Shown piece by piece: positions 57,036 through 64,000 of a stretch of 64,000 nt of DNA (position 1 is its first letter; each line of letters starts with the position of its first letter). The notes under the pieces were generated by a model. That model was not told the origin of the DNA, ran no database searches, and saw nothing but the letters and a program-made list of their open reading frames with translations. A program made the position numbers and the translations under genes. Source of the DNA: an uncultured Acidimicrobiaceae bacterium (GTDB lineage Bacteria; Actinomycetota; Acidimicrobiia; Spongiisociales; ZC4RG35); NCBI GenBank assembly GCA_964558575.1, contig CAZLEQ010000006.1:12923-76922 (forward strand), read 5' to 3'.

Positions 57036-57715
57036 ATGAGACCTCGCTGCGAGGTTCCCAACTGCGATCGCGCCCGATCGACACGTGGCTACTGCGAGAT
57101 GCACTACCGGAGGGTCTCAGGACAGGAGATCCGGGGCCGTCGGGAACCCTGCGGAGCCGAGGAATCTGCAAGATCGACGATTGTGAACAGGAGGTCGACG
57201 CCAAAGGCCTCTGTCACGGCCATTACCAGCGAGTGCTCCGGAAGAGCGCCATCCCGCTGGTAACGCCACTGCGGAAGCCGGGACGAACCTGTTCCGTTGA
57301 AACATGTGAGCGGCCACACCGCTCCAAGGGTCTCTGTGCAGCTCACTACAAACGGGTGCTAGCCCACGGAGATCCACTTGGGCACATACCGATAAGAGAG
57401 ACACGTGGCGAAGGCACAATCTCACATCACGGGTATCGCCATGTTCCGGTTCCCCGGGAGAAAAGACATCTCACGGCGGGAGCGACCTGGGTTGGGGAGC
57501 ACCGACTCGTCATGGCGCGTCATCTCGGTCGCGCACTCGATTCAGACGAGCAGGTCCATCACATCAACGGAGATCGGGCCGACAACCGTCTCGGCAACCT
57601 GGAGTTGTGGTCGACGTCACATCCCAGCGGACGACGGGTCGAGGATCTTCTCGAGTTCTGCCTGGTCACACTCGATCGCTATGGGGAAGAGTTTGAAGTC
57701 CTCCGCTGGGGGTGA
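57036..57715 (+). pseudogene. HNH endonuclease with three CxxC...C..HY zinc-ribbon repeats; apparent frameshift near 57115
   Basis: Repeat 1 (MRPRCEVPNCDRARSTRGYCEMHYRRV) is in ORF 57036..57263. Repeats 2 and 3 and the HNH core (VHHINGDRADNRLGNLELW) are in the frame of ORF 56252..57715. Confidence 0.6.
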
Positions 57716-57741
57716 TGGGACCGATTGAGAGAAGACGCTTA

Positions 57742-57763
57742 GAAAACCCCTGTGACCAGGGGG
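57742..57763 (-). terminator. rho-independent terminator of tRNA-Glu(CUC)
   Basis: Minus strand CCCCTG-GTCA-CAGGGG followed by TTTTC. Same design as the terminator at 43285-43305. Confidence 0.65.
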
Positions 57764-57767
57764 TTTG

Positions 57768-57840
57768 CAGTCCCGAGCGGATTCGAACCGCCGTTTCCGG
57801 CTTGAGAGGCCGGCGTCCTAGACCCCTAGACGACGGGACC
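57768..57840 (-). tRNA. tRNA-Glu (anticodon CUC), CCA not encoded
   Basis: Minus strand GGTCCCGTCGTCTAGGGGTCTAGGACGCCGGCCTCTCAAGCCGGAAACGGCGGTTCGAATCCGCTCGGGACTG. Anticodon loop is CTCTCAA. Confidence 0.88.
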
Positions 57841-57867
57841 AGATTCAAGGCCAACGCGAGTCGGCCC

Positions 57868-57942
57868 TGGCTCGGGGGGAAGGACTCGAACCCTCAATAA
57901 CAGGGCCAGAACCTGTCGTGTTACCTATTACACCACCCCCGA
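57868..57942 (-). tRNA. tRNA-Gln (anticodon CUG), CCA encoded
   Basis: Minus strand TCGGGGGTGGTGTAATAGGTAACACGACAGGTTCTGGCCCTGTTATTGAGGGTTCGAGTCCTTCCCCCCGAGCCA. Has a U1-A72 pair. Anticodon loop is TTCTGGC. Confidence 0.85.
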
Positions 57943-58023
57943 ACGCGCACACTCATCAGAGCGTGCGGGGTAGCCACCAGGATAATCGCCTCCCTTCCGA
58001 TCTGTGAAGTCGCCGCCAGGGCG

Positions 58024-59010
58024 TCAACCGGCCAGGTGACGCAGCCAATTGCGGTAGATGACCTTCCCCTCCTCGTTCCAGGAGTGGGTCTCCTTGGGCA
58101 TCAACTCCGCCTCGTTTAGACGTGGAGGTTGCCGGCCGGTGGTCTTGGCCGCCTCCAGCACCGGCCGGTACTCCTGGAGCACTTCCAGAGCATCTTCGCT
58201 GAAATAGTGCTCCGGGACTGGGGGGTAGTCGTCGCGCTCCCCTCGCCAATAGTGCCCGAGCTCGCGGCGGTACTCCTTGAGCAGGCTGACCAGGTCGTAC
58301 TCGGGATGACCCTGGAAGAAGACGTAGAAGTCGTCGTCGTCGACCGCCATGTGCACCCCGGCCTCCTCGCTCTCCAGCACGACGGTCATGCCCACCGACT
58401 CGAACTCCTCCCGAGTCACGTCGTACCAGTGCGAATGCGGTGCCTCGACACGTACGTCGAGACCGTCGAGCAGCGGATGATCCTTGAGCACGTAGTGGGA
58501 GTAGACCCCCCAACGCTTCTGGGGCAGCTTGGTCCGGGTCAGCCCCCGATACTTCTGGAGTACGGCGTGGGTGGCCAGACAGCTGCACAGGATCGACCGG
58601 GTCGACGCCGTCGCCCAGTCGAGCACTTCCTCAAGACCGCCCCAGAAGATCTCTCGCTCCAGCCGGTGCTGGGCCGGGTTAGCCCCGGTGACGATGAGAG
58701 CGTCGAAACTTCTCTCGACCACCCCGTCGAACGTGGAGTAGTGGTCGGCCACGTGTTGGCGCGCTTCAACACCCCGATGCTCGGCCGCCACCGTGAACGG
58801 GTAGACCCATATGTCGAGGTCCTCCGTCGCGGCCGCCAGCAGCCGGATGAATTGCCGGTCGGTGGCTCTCAGAGCGGCGTCCGGCATCAGGTTCAGCAGA
58901 CCCACCGCCACCGCAGGCAAGCCACCGGCACCCTCCGGCCCGACTACACGGACGCCCTCTGCCCTCATCGACTCGAACGCCGGGAGTGCGGAATGGGCGA
59001 CGAGCGCCAT
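58024..59010 (-). CDS. metA: homoserine O-acyl(succinyl/acetyl)transferase, MetA family
   Basis: 328 aa. ...GLLNLMPD...ALIVTGANP...ILCSCLATHAVL...HSHWYDV...FFQGHPEYD. Start shares one base with the upstream stop (TGATG). Confidence 0.9.
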   Translation of the reverse strand: MALVAHSALPAFESMRAEGVRVVGPEGAGGLPAVAVGLLNLMPDAALRATDRQFIRLLAAATEDLDIWVYPFTVAAEHRGVEARQHVADHYSTFDGVVERSFDALIVTGANPAQHRLEREIFWGGLEEVLDWATASTRSILCSCLATHAVLQKYRGLTRTKLPQKRWGVYSHYVLKDHPLLDGLDVRVEAPHSHWYDVTREEFESVGMTVVLESEEAGVHMAVDDDDFYVFFQGHPEYDLVSLLKEYRRELGHYWRGERDDYPPVPEHYFSEDALEVLQEYRPVLEAAKTTGRQPPRLNEAELMPKETHSWNEEGKVIYRNWLRHLAG

Positions 59011-60293
59011 CAGCCGGCCCTGCGCTCCGAAGTGGTCGCGAAGTGGTTGCTCAGATAACGGGCCAGGTGATCGGTCAGGTCGACGGCGTCGTCTTCGGCC
59101 CCGTGGATGAATGACGACTTGCGGCGACGGAGGAAGTTGAGCCCGATCCGATAGAGGCCGGGTGACTCGGTGACGATGCCGCCGTCGTGGCGGATCTCAC
59201 CTCTGCGATCGAGGACCGGGATCTCGAGCCACGAATAGTCCGGGCGATACCCGGTCGCCCACAGGACGGTCTGTATCTCCCCGTCGGTGAGGTCGATGCG
59301 GAGCACGGGATCGTCCTCGACCCTGGTGTCGGGATACCGCTCCGGAGCACCCACCTCACCGTCGAGCCCGTTGCTGGCCACCCACACGTCGATCTCGTCG
59401 AGGAGACGGACCTGTTTGAGGTCGGCCAGGGCACAGACGTTCCGCAACGAACCCGAGAAGTGTGCCTTGCCCTCGGTGATGGCGCTGAGCCGACCGACCA
59501 GCCTCACCCCCTGTGTCGTCAGGGCGTTGAGGTCGATGGTCGACCGGTCGGGGGTACCCACCAGCTGGGGTGACGGCACATGACGCGCCCGCACGATGTC
59601 GTCGACCTCGTCGTACCTCTCGTCGAGCCGTCCCAGCCGGTCCATCCACCACTGGATGTCACGACCGCGGTAGATCCGGGGCAGACGCACATGCTCTCCG
59701 ACTGCCAGCGTCACCGGGCGCCCCGACCGGTGGATCTCGTCGGCGACCTGGATCCCGGTGGCCGAGGCTCCAACCACGAGGACAGCTCCGTTGCGCAGCT
59801 GTTCGGGACGCTTGTACTCGAGGGGCGTGACCGAGTCGACGTTCTCCGGTAGGTCGGCCGCGAACGGAGGCAGCTTGGCGAGATTGAACCCTCCGCTGGC
59901 CAGCACCACGGCGTCGGCATCCCAGGTCTTCCCGTGGGCTTCCACCCGATGTCGCCCTTCGTCACGACGCACGCTCCGCACCCGGGTGTGGGTCTCCACC
60001 GGCGCCTCGATCAGCGAGGCGTAGTCGTCGATGAACTCGACTACCTCCCCCATGGTCATGAACCCATCGGGGTCGTCACCGTCGTATTCGAAGCCGGGCA
60101 GCCTGGTCTGCCAGTTGGGGGTGAGGAGCCGCAACGAATCCCACCGCTCGGTGCGCCAGGTATTCGCCACCTCACCCCTCTCCAACACGACGTGGTCGAT
60201 GGCGCGCTCCGCGAGCAGCTTGCTGACGGAGAGACCGGCATGCCCGGCCCCGATCACCACGGTCGGAATACGGATCACGGGACCGGGACTCAC
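59010..60293 (-). CDS. FAD-dependent flavin-monooxygenase-like oxidoreductase
   Basis: ORF 59010..60473. Start set to GTG 60291-60293. TVVIGAGHAGLS dinucleotide fold, WRTERWDSLRLLTPNW, second GASATG motif. Confidence 0.8.
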   Translation of the reverse strand: MSPGPVIRIPTVVIGAGHAGLSVSKLLAERAIDHVVLERGEVANTWRTERWDSLRLLTPNWQTRLPGFEYDGDDPDGFMTMGEVVEFIDDYASLIEAPVETHTRVRSVRRDEGRHRVEAHGKTWDADAVVLASGGFNLAKLPPFAADLPENVDSVTPLEYKRPEQLRNGAVLVVGASATGIQVADEIHRSGRPVTLAVGEHVRLPRIYRGRDIQWWMDRLGRLDERYDEVDDIVRARHVPSPQLVGTPDRSTIDLNALTTQGVRLVGRLSAITEGKAHFSGSLRNVCALADLKQVRLLDEIDVWVASNGLDGEVGAPERYPDTRVEDDPVLRIDLTDGEIQTVLWATGYRPDYSWLEIPVLDRRGEIRHDGGIVTESPGLYRIGLNFLRRRKSSFIHGAEDDAVDLTDHLARYLSNHFATTSERRAG

Positions 60294-60303
60294 CTTCGCC
60301 GGC

Positions 60304-60867
60304 TCAGTTGACGCTGACGGTGACGTTGGTCGGGTTGGTGACGATGTCGAAGACCGCCGAGCGCTTCTGCGACTGGGCCACCAACGCCTCGATCTCCTGT
60401 TGGCTGGCGTCGGCATCGATTTCGTACGCCACCCGGATGCCACTGAACCCGTTGCGCACCTCGGGGTCACCACCGAGGATCCCGAGGATGTCCATGTCGC
60501 CCTCGATGGTCGCCTTCACCGAGTTGAGCTGGATCTCCCGGTTCTGGGCCACCGCCGCCACTCCGGCAGTGAGGCAGCTGGCCAGCCCGACCAGCACGAA
60601 CTCAACCGGTGTCGCCCCGTGGTCTTCGGAGGCGAACACCTCGGGGTGATCGGCAGAGAACTCGAAGCTGGTCCGGTGGGTCTGGTCGTCGCCCAAACCG
60701 TAGAACTCCTCCACCGTCGACTTGCTGTGGGTGCCTCCGGCCCATTCGTTGGTGGCCCGCCAGGTGAACTGGGCTGCTTCGGGAGCATCCGACAGGGCAT
60801 TCCTGGCATCGAGCAACGCCTGGACGTTGACTCCGTTGCTAACCGGTGGTCGTTGTGTGGTTGTCAT
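60304..60867 (-). CDS. OsmC-family peroxiredoxin-like protein
   Basis: 187 aa. ...ATPVEFVLVGLASCLTAGV... with the conserved Cys context of OsmC/Ohr. Confidence 0.8.
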   Translation of the reverse strand: MTTTQRPPVSNGVNVQALLDARNALSDAPEAAQFTWRATNEWAGGTHSKSTVEEFYGLGDDQTHRTSFEFSADHPEVFASEDHGATPVEFVLVGLASCLTAGVAAVAQNREIQLNSVKATIEGDMDILGILGGDPEVRNGFSGIRVAYEIDADASQQEIEALVAQSQKRSAVFDIVTNPTNVTVSVN

Positions 60868-61136
60868 TTCTGGTTTCCTTCGTCGATGTCATCTGATGGA
60901 GACGCCCGCAGGTCGGGCATCGTCGGGATACGCCGAATAGGGCCATGGCCCGGTAAGGGCTCCCTGGGTGGTTGGCGTCTGCGACCTAGACGGTCGGTGC
61001 GACCACCCGGGAGCGGAGACACATGAGCCCGGGTGTCGATCGAAGGGCGGGACGGTTGTCGTGCGGTGCCATGGGAACTCCTATTCGCTTGACGCGCTCA
61101 GAGAGCGCTGCGAGCGGTTCACCGCCGACAGCGGAA

Positions 61137-61217
61137 CTCATCGTCTCAGGCATTGGCACCGGTCGAATCGGTTGCCGCGGCTTCACAGGGCCTGTCCCTC
61201 CACCGCTCTAGATGAGC
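61137..61217 (-). promoter_or_regulatory. SAM riboswitch aptamer (SAM-I clan), copy L, upstream of osmC-FMO-metA
   Basis: Minus strand GCTCATCTAGAGCGGTGGAGGGACAGGCCCTGTGAAGCCGCGGCAACCGATTCGACCGGTGCCAATGCCTGAGACGATGAG. P1 is CTCATC/GATGAG. Has the GGAGGGA...GGCCC..TGAAGCC...GGCAACC...GGTGCCAAT core. Confidence 0.8.
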
Positions 61218-61315
61218 GCGTTGTTGAAGGCGATAATAGAGCAGGGTTTGGCGCAGGAGTCAAGACCTGCGGTGCCGTTGACGCGCAGTCGACGAGTTCG
61301 GGTAGGTTCGATCCC

Positions 61316-61681
61316 ATGGCCATCAGCGACGATCAACTCGCCCTCCTCGACGAGACCCAAGAGGTGCACGTCGAAACCAGCTCCGACCGCGGGACGACCA
61401 AGACGATCATCTGGATCGTCGTCGTGGACGGTCAGGTCTATGTGAGGTCGGTTCGCGGCGAACCGGGGCGCTGGTACCAGCGGGCCCTCACCAATCCGCG
61501 GGTGAGCATCCACGTAGGTGACCACGCCATCGACTTTCGCGCCGTGTCTGTCGAAGGTCCGGGCGAGATCGAGGCCGTCACCCAGGCCCTGAGAGACAAG
61601 TACCCACCGGGAGGATCGCTCGATCAAATGACGAGGGACGAAGTCCTCGACACCACATTGCGGCTCGAACCGATCTCCTGA
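61316..61681 (+). CDS. DUF2255 domain protein
   Basis: ATG 61316 within ORF 60968..61681. ...EVHVETSSDRGTTKTIIWIVVVDGQVYVRSVRGEPGRWYQRA... Confidence 0.7.
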   Translation: MAISDDQLALLDETQEVHVETSSDRGTTKTIIWIVVVDGQVYVRSVRGEPGRWYQRALTNPRVSIHVGDHAIDFRAVSVEGPGEIEAVTQALRDKYPPGGSLDQMTRDEVLDTTLRLEPIS

Positions 61682-61745
61682 GTTCCGGGACCGCAGCCTT
61701 GACGGCGGCGGGCCGAACCGCTCTACTAGATGGCCACATAGACGC

Positions 61746-61825
61746 GCTCATCTAGAGCGGCGGAGGGACAGGCCCTGTGAAGCCGCGGCAACCGTGTCAA
61801 CGGTGCCAATGCCTGACCGATGAGC
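61746..61825 (+). promoter_or_regulatory. SAM riboswitch aptamer (SAM-I clan), copy R, upstream of metY
   Basis: GCTCATCTAGAGCGGCGGAGGGACAGGCCCTGTGAAGCCGCGGCAACCGTGTCAACGGTGCCAATGCCTGACCGATGAGC. Same core as copy L. Followed about 275 nt later by metY. Confidence 0.85.
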
Positions 61826-62099
61826 AGCCGAGACGGGTTCTCCCGCTCGCGCACGCTTCAAGAGAGCGCGTGAAAACAGCGAGTGAAAGGAGAAGCGAGG
61901 TGGAGCAGTCGATCGACAGATCGTCGGCGCGGCGCGTCCTTCCCCGTCGATGTCAGATGTCCTGACAGGACTCCGGTAGACCCCCGGACGATCCCCTTCT
62001 ACGCAGACATCCGAGCGCGCCCGTGTGCGCTCGATAGCAAGGGCCGCCCCCGCCGGCTTCACCCCGGTGCGGGGACCGGCCGAGTCAGGACGAACCAAC

Positions 62100-63386
62100 A
62101 TGATCTCTGAAGACAGGTACGGCTTCGACACCAGGGCCATCCACGCCGGTCAACGCCCCGATCCCGAGACCGGGGCGAGGGCGATGCCGATCTACGCCAC
62201 GACTTCGTTCGTGTTCGAAGACGTCCAACACGCCGCCGACCTCTTCGCGCTGCAGAATTTCGGCAACATCTATACTCGGCTCTCCAACCCCACCACCGCC
62301 GCTTTCGAGGAGAGGGTCGCCTCCCTCGAGGGAGGTCTCGGTGGCCTCGCCACTGCGTCGGGCAAGTCGGCCCAGCTGACCGCACTGCTGACCATCGCCC
62401 AGGAGGGAGATCACATCGTCTCCTCCCGGGCCTTGTACGGAGGCACGTTCACCCAGTTCAACGTGAGCGTCCGCCGCATGGGGATCGATGTCACCTTCGT
62501 GGACTTCAGTGACCCCGACCGCGTCAAGCAGGCGATCACTCCCCAGACCAAGGCCCTGTTCGGCGAGACGATCGGCAACCCCGGAGCCGACATCCTCGAC
62601 ATCGAGCTCTACGCCGGGCTGGCCCACGAGCACGGCGTCCCCCTCATCGTCGACAACACCTTCGCCACCCCCTACCTGTGCCGCCCCATCGAGTGGGGAG
62701 CCGACATCGTGATCCACTCGGCCACCAAGTTCATCGGTGGCCACGGCACGGTGATCGCCGGCGTCATCGTGGAATCAGGTGGCTTCCCCTACGACAACGG
62801 TAACTTCCCGATCCTCACCGAGCCCTCTCCCTCCTATCACGACCTCAACTTCTGGGAGAACTTCCGGGAGTACGGCTATCTGATGCGGGCGCGAGTCGAG
62901 GTGATGCGTGACATCGGAGCGGCGATCTCGCCGTTCAACTCGTATCTGCTCCTGTTGGGCCTGGAGACGCTGTCGTTGCGGATGCAGCGTCATGTCGAGA
63001 ACGCCAGAGCCGTTGCCCACCACCTGGCCGGACATCCCGACGTGGCCTGGGTTCGCTTCCCCATCTTCGACGACAACCGGTGGACCGACCTGGCAAGGAA
63101 GTACCTGCCGGAGGGCCCGGGGGCGGTATTCAGTTTCGGGTTGAAGGGGGGATATGAGGCCGGGGTGAAGTTCATCGAGAGCGCCGAGCTGGCCTCGCAT
63201 CTGGCCAACGTCGGCGACGCCAAGACCCTCGTCATCCACCCGGCATCGACCACCCATCAGCAGGTCCCCCCTGACGACCGGGAGCGGATGGGGGTGGGCA
63301 ACGACATGATCCGCATCTCGGTGGGCATCGAGACGGTTGACGACATCATCAGCGACCTCGACCAGGCATTGGAGCAGACGAAGTGA
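62100..63386 (+). CDS. metY: O-acetylhomoserine/O-succinylhomoserine sulfhydrylase (PLP-dependent)
   Basis: ORF 62025..63386. Start set to MISEDRYGFDTRAIHAG. PLP lysine context HSATKFIGGHG. Confidence 0.92.
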   Translation: MISEDRYGFDTRAIHAGQRPDPETGARAMPIYATTSFVFEDVQHAADLFALQNFGNIYTRLSNPTTAAFEERVASLEGGLGGLATASGKSAQLTALLTIAQEGDHIVSSRALYGGTFTQFNVSVRRMGIDVTFVDFSDPDRVKQAITPQTKALFGETIGNPGADILDIELYAGLAHEHGVPLIVDNTFATPYLCRPIEWGADIVIHSATKFIGGHGTVIAGVIVESGGFPYDNGNFPILTEPSPSYHDLNFWENFREYGYLMRARVEVMRDIGAAISPFNSYLLLLGLETLSLRMQRHVENARAVAHHLAGHPDVAWVRFPIFDDNRWTDLARKYLPEGPGAVFSFGLKGGYEAGVKFIESAELASHLANVGDAKTLVIHPASTTHQQVPPDDRERMGVGNDMIRISVGIETVDDIISDLDQALEQTK

Positions 63387-63874
63387 CGATGGCGACCAGA
63401 GTCCCCGACGCCACTGCGCTGGAGCGGCTTCAGATCATCCAGAACTCCGAATCGGTCGCCCTGGTCGGTGTCTCCGCCAACCCGATCCGCTCGTCGAACT
63501 TCGTCGCCTCGTATCTGGTGCGGACCCGGTTCCGCACCTACCCGGTCAACCCGGCGTACGACGAGGTGCTCGGCTTGCAGACATACGACACCCTCTACGA
63601 CCTGCCCGAGACACCGGACATCGTCGATGTGTTCCGCCGCCACGAGGCCATCCCCGAGGTGATCGACCAGGCCATCGAGGTCGGGGCCAAGGTGGTGTGG
63701 CTGCAGCTGGGCTTGCGTCACGAGAAGGCTGCGCAGAAGGCGGTGGACGGCGGTTTGACAGTGGTCCAGGACCGCTGCCTGAAGATCGAGCACGCCCGCT
63801 TCTCGGGTCGGCTCCATCTCGCCGGCTTCAACACGGGGGTCATCTCCTCGAAACGTCGCCGCCCCATCGACTGA
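63383..63874 (+). CDS. CoA-binding domain protein (YccU-like)
   Basis: 163 aa. ...SVALVGVSANPIRSSNFVASYL...YPVNP...DIVDVFRR...VWLQLG. GTGA overlap with the metY stop. Confidence 0.85.
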   Translation: MTMATRVPDATALERLQIIQNSESVALVGVSANPIRSSNFVASYLVRTRFRTYPVNPAYDEVLGLQTYDTLYDLPETPDIVDVFRRHEAIPEVIDQAIEVGAKVVWLQLGLRHEKAAQKAVDGGLTVVQDRCLKIEHARFSGRLHLAGFNTGVISSKRRRPID

Positions 63875-64000
63875 GATATCAGGATGAGGGACAGGTCTGC
63901 CGATAGTGGCGCATGTTCGAATTCGTGCTCGGTCACACGGCAGGGCAACGCACCGCGGCCCGGGCCGCGGCACTGGCCCGCGACGCCGCTGTCGCCGACG

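Noticed and set aside
60986-61965. Short ORFs starting just after the conserved AGGAG of each riboswitch leader (MAPHDNRPALRSTPGLMCLRSRVVAPTV on the minus strand; VEQSIDRSSARRVLPRRCQMS on the plus strand), considered as possible leader peptides.
   Set aside because: The two peptides share no similarity although the flanking RNA is conserved, so peptide-level function is not supported.

Overview
High-GC, actinobacterium-like chromosomal window. Positions 1-16.7 kb and 43.4-64 kb are ordinary core genome. They carry meaB', a NifU-like gene, murA and rpiB; a DsbB/TlpA redox pair; a five-gene translationally coupled ligase/E1alpha/E1beta/E2/ACP operon; and a USP/DUF1918/phosphoribosyltransferase/Hsp20 stress cluster. 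They also carry a PKD-containing S8 protease, gltX, ilvE, pgpA, cofC, rnhA, hppA and tRNA-Gln/tRNA-Glu. Two methionine units sit behind a pair of inverted SAM riboswitches. Between the core blocks (16.68-43.39 kb) two related integrative elements sit in tandem in the 3' end of tRNA-Glu(UUC). Three direct copies of the tRNA 3' segment mark the junctions. The distal element (16.7-22.35 kb) is decayed: only an integrase remnant is left and two methyltransferases carry nonsense codons. The proximal element (22.35-43.36 kb) keeps a tyrosine integrase, Xis, a MobF relaxase-helicase, two HTH proteins and a DUF4258/YgiT toxin-antitoxin pair, but no mating-pore genes. Its cargo is unusual. It has two orphan NuoB-like Fe-S proteins (one hit by an IS3 with a 3-bp target duplication and carrying a perfect 129-bp in-frame duplication). 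It also has two CPA2 antiporter-USP fusions, a TauE/DUF1634/GntR unit, a citrate synthase, a decayed IS110, and a 2.7-kb block of inverted gene fragments. In that block a response-regulator receiver is split into two oppositely oriented pieces that rejoin in frame if a 921-bp segment is flipped. No rRNA genes or CRISPR arrays were seen. All calls come from reading the sequence and ORF translations; no database searches were run.
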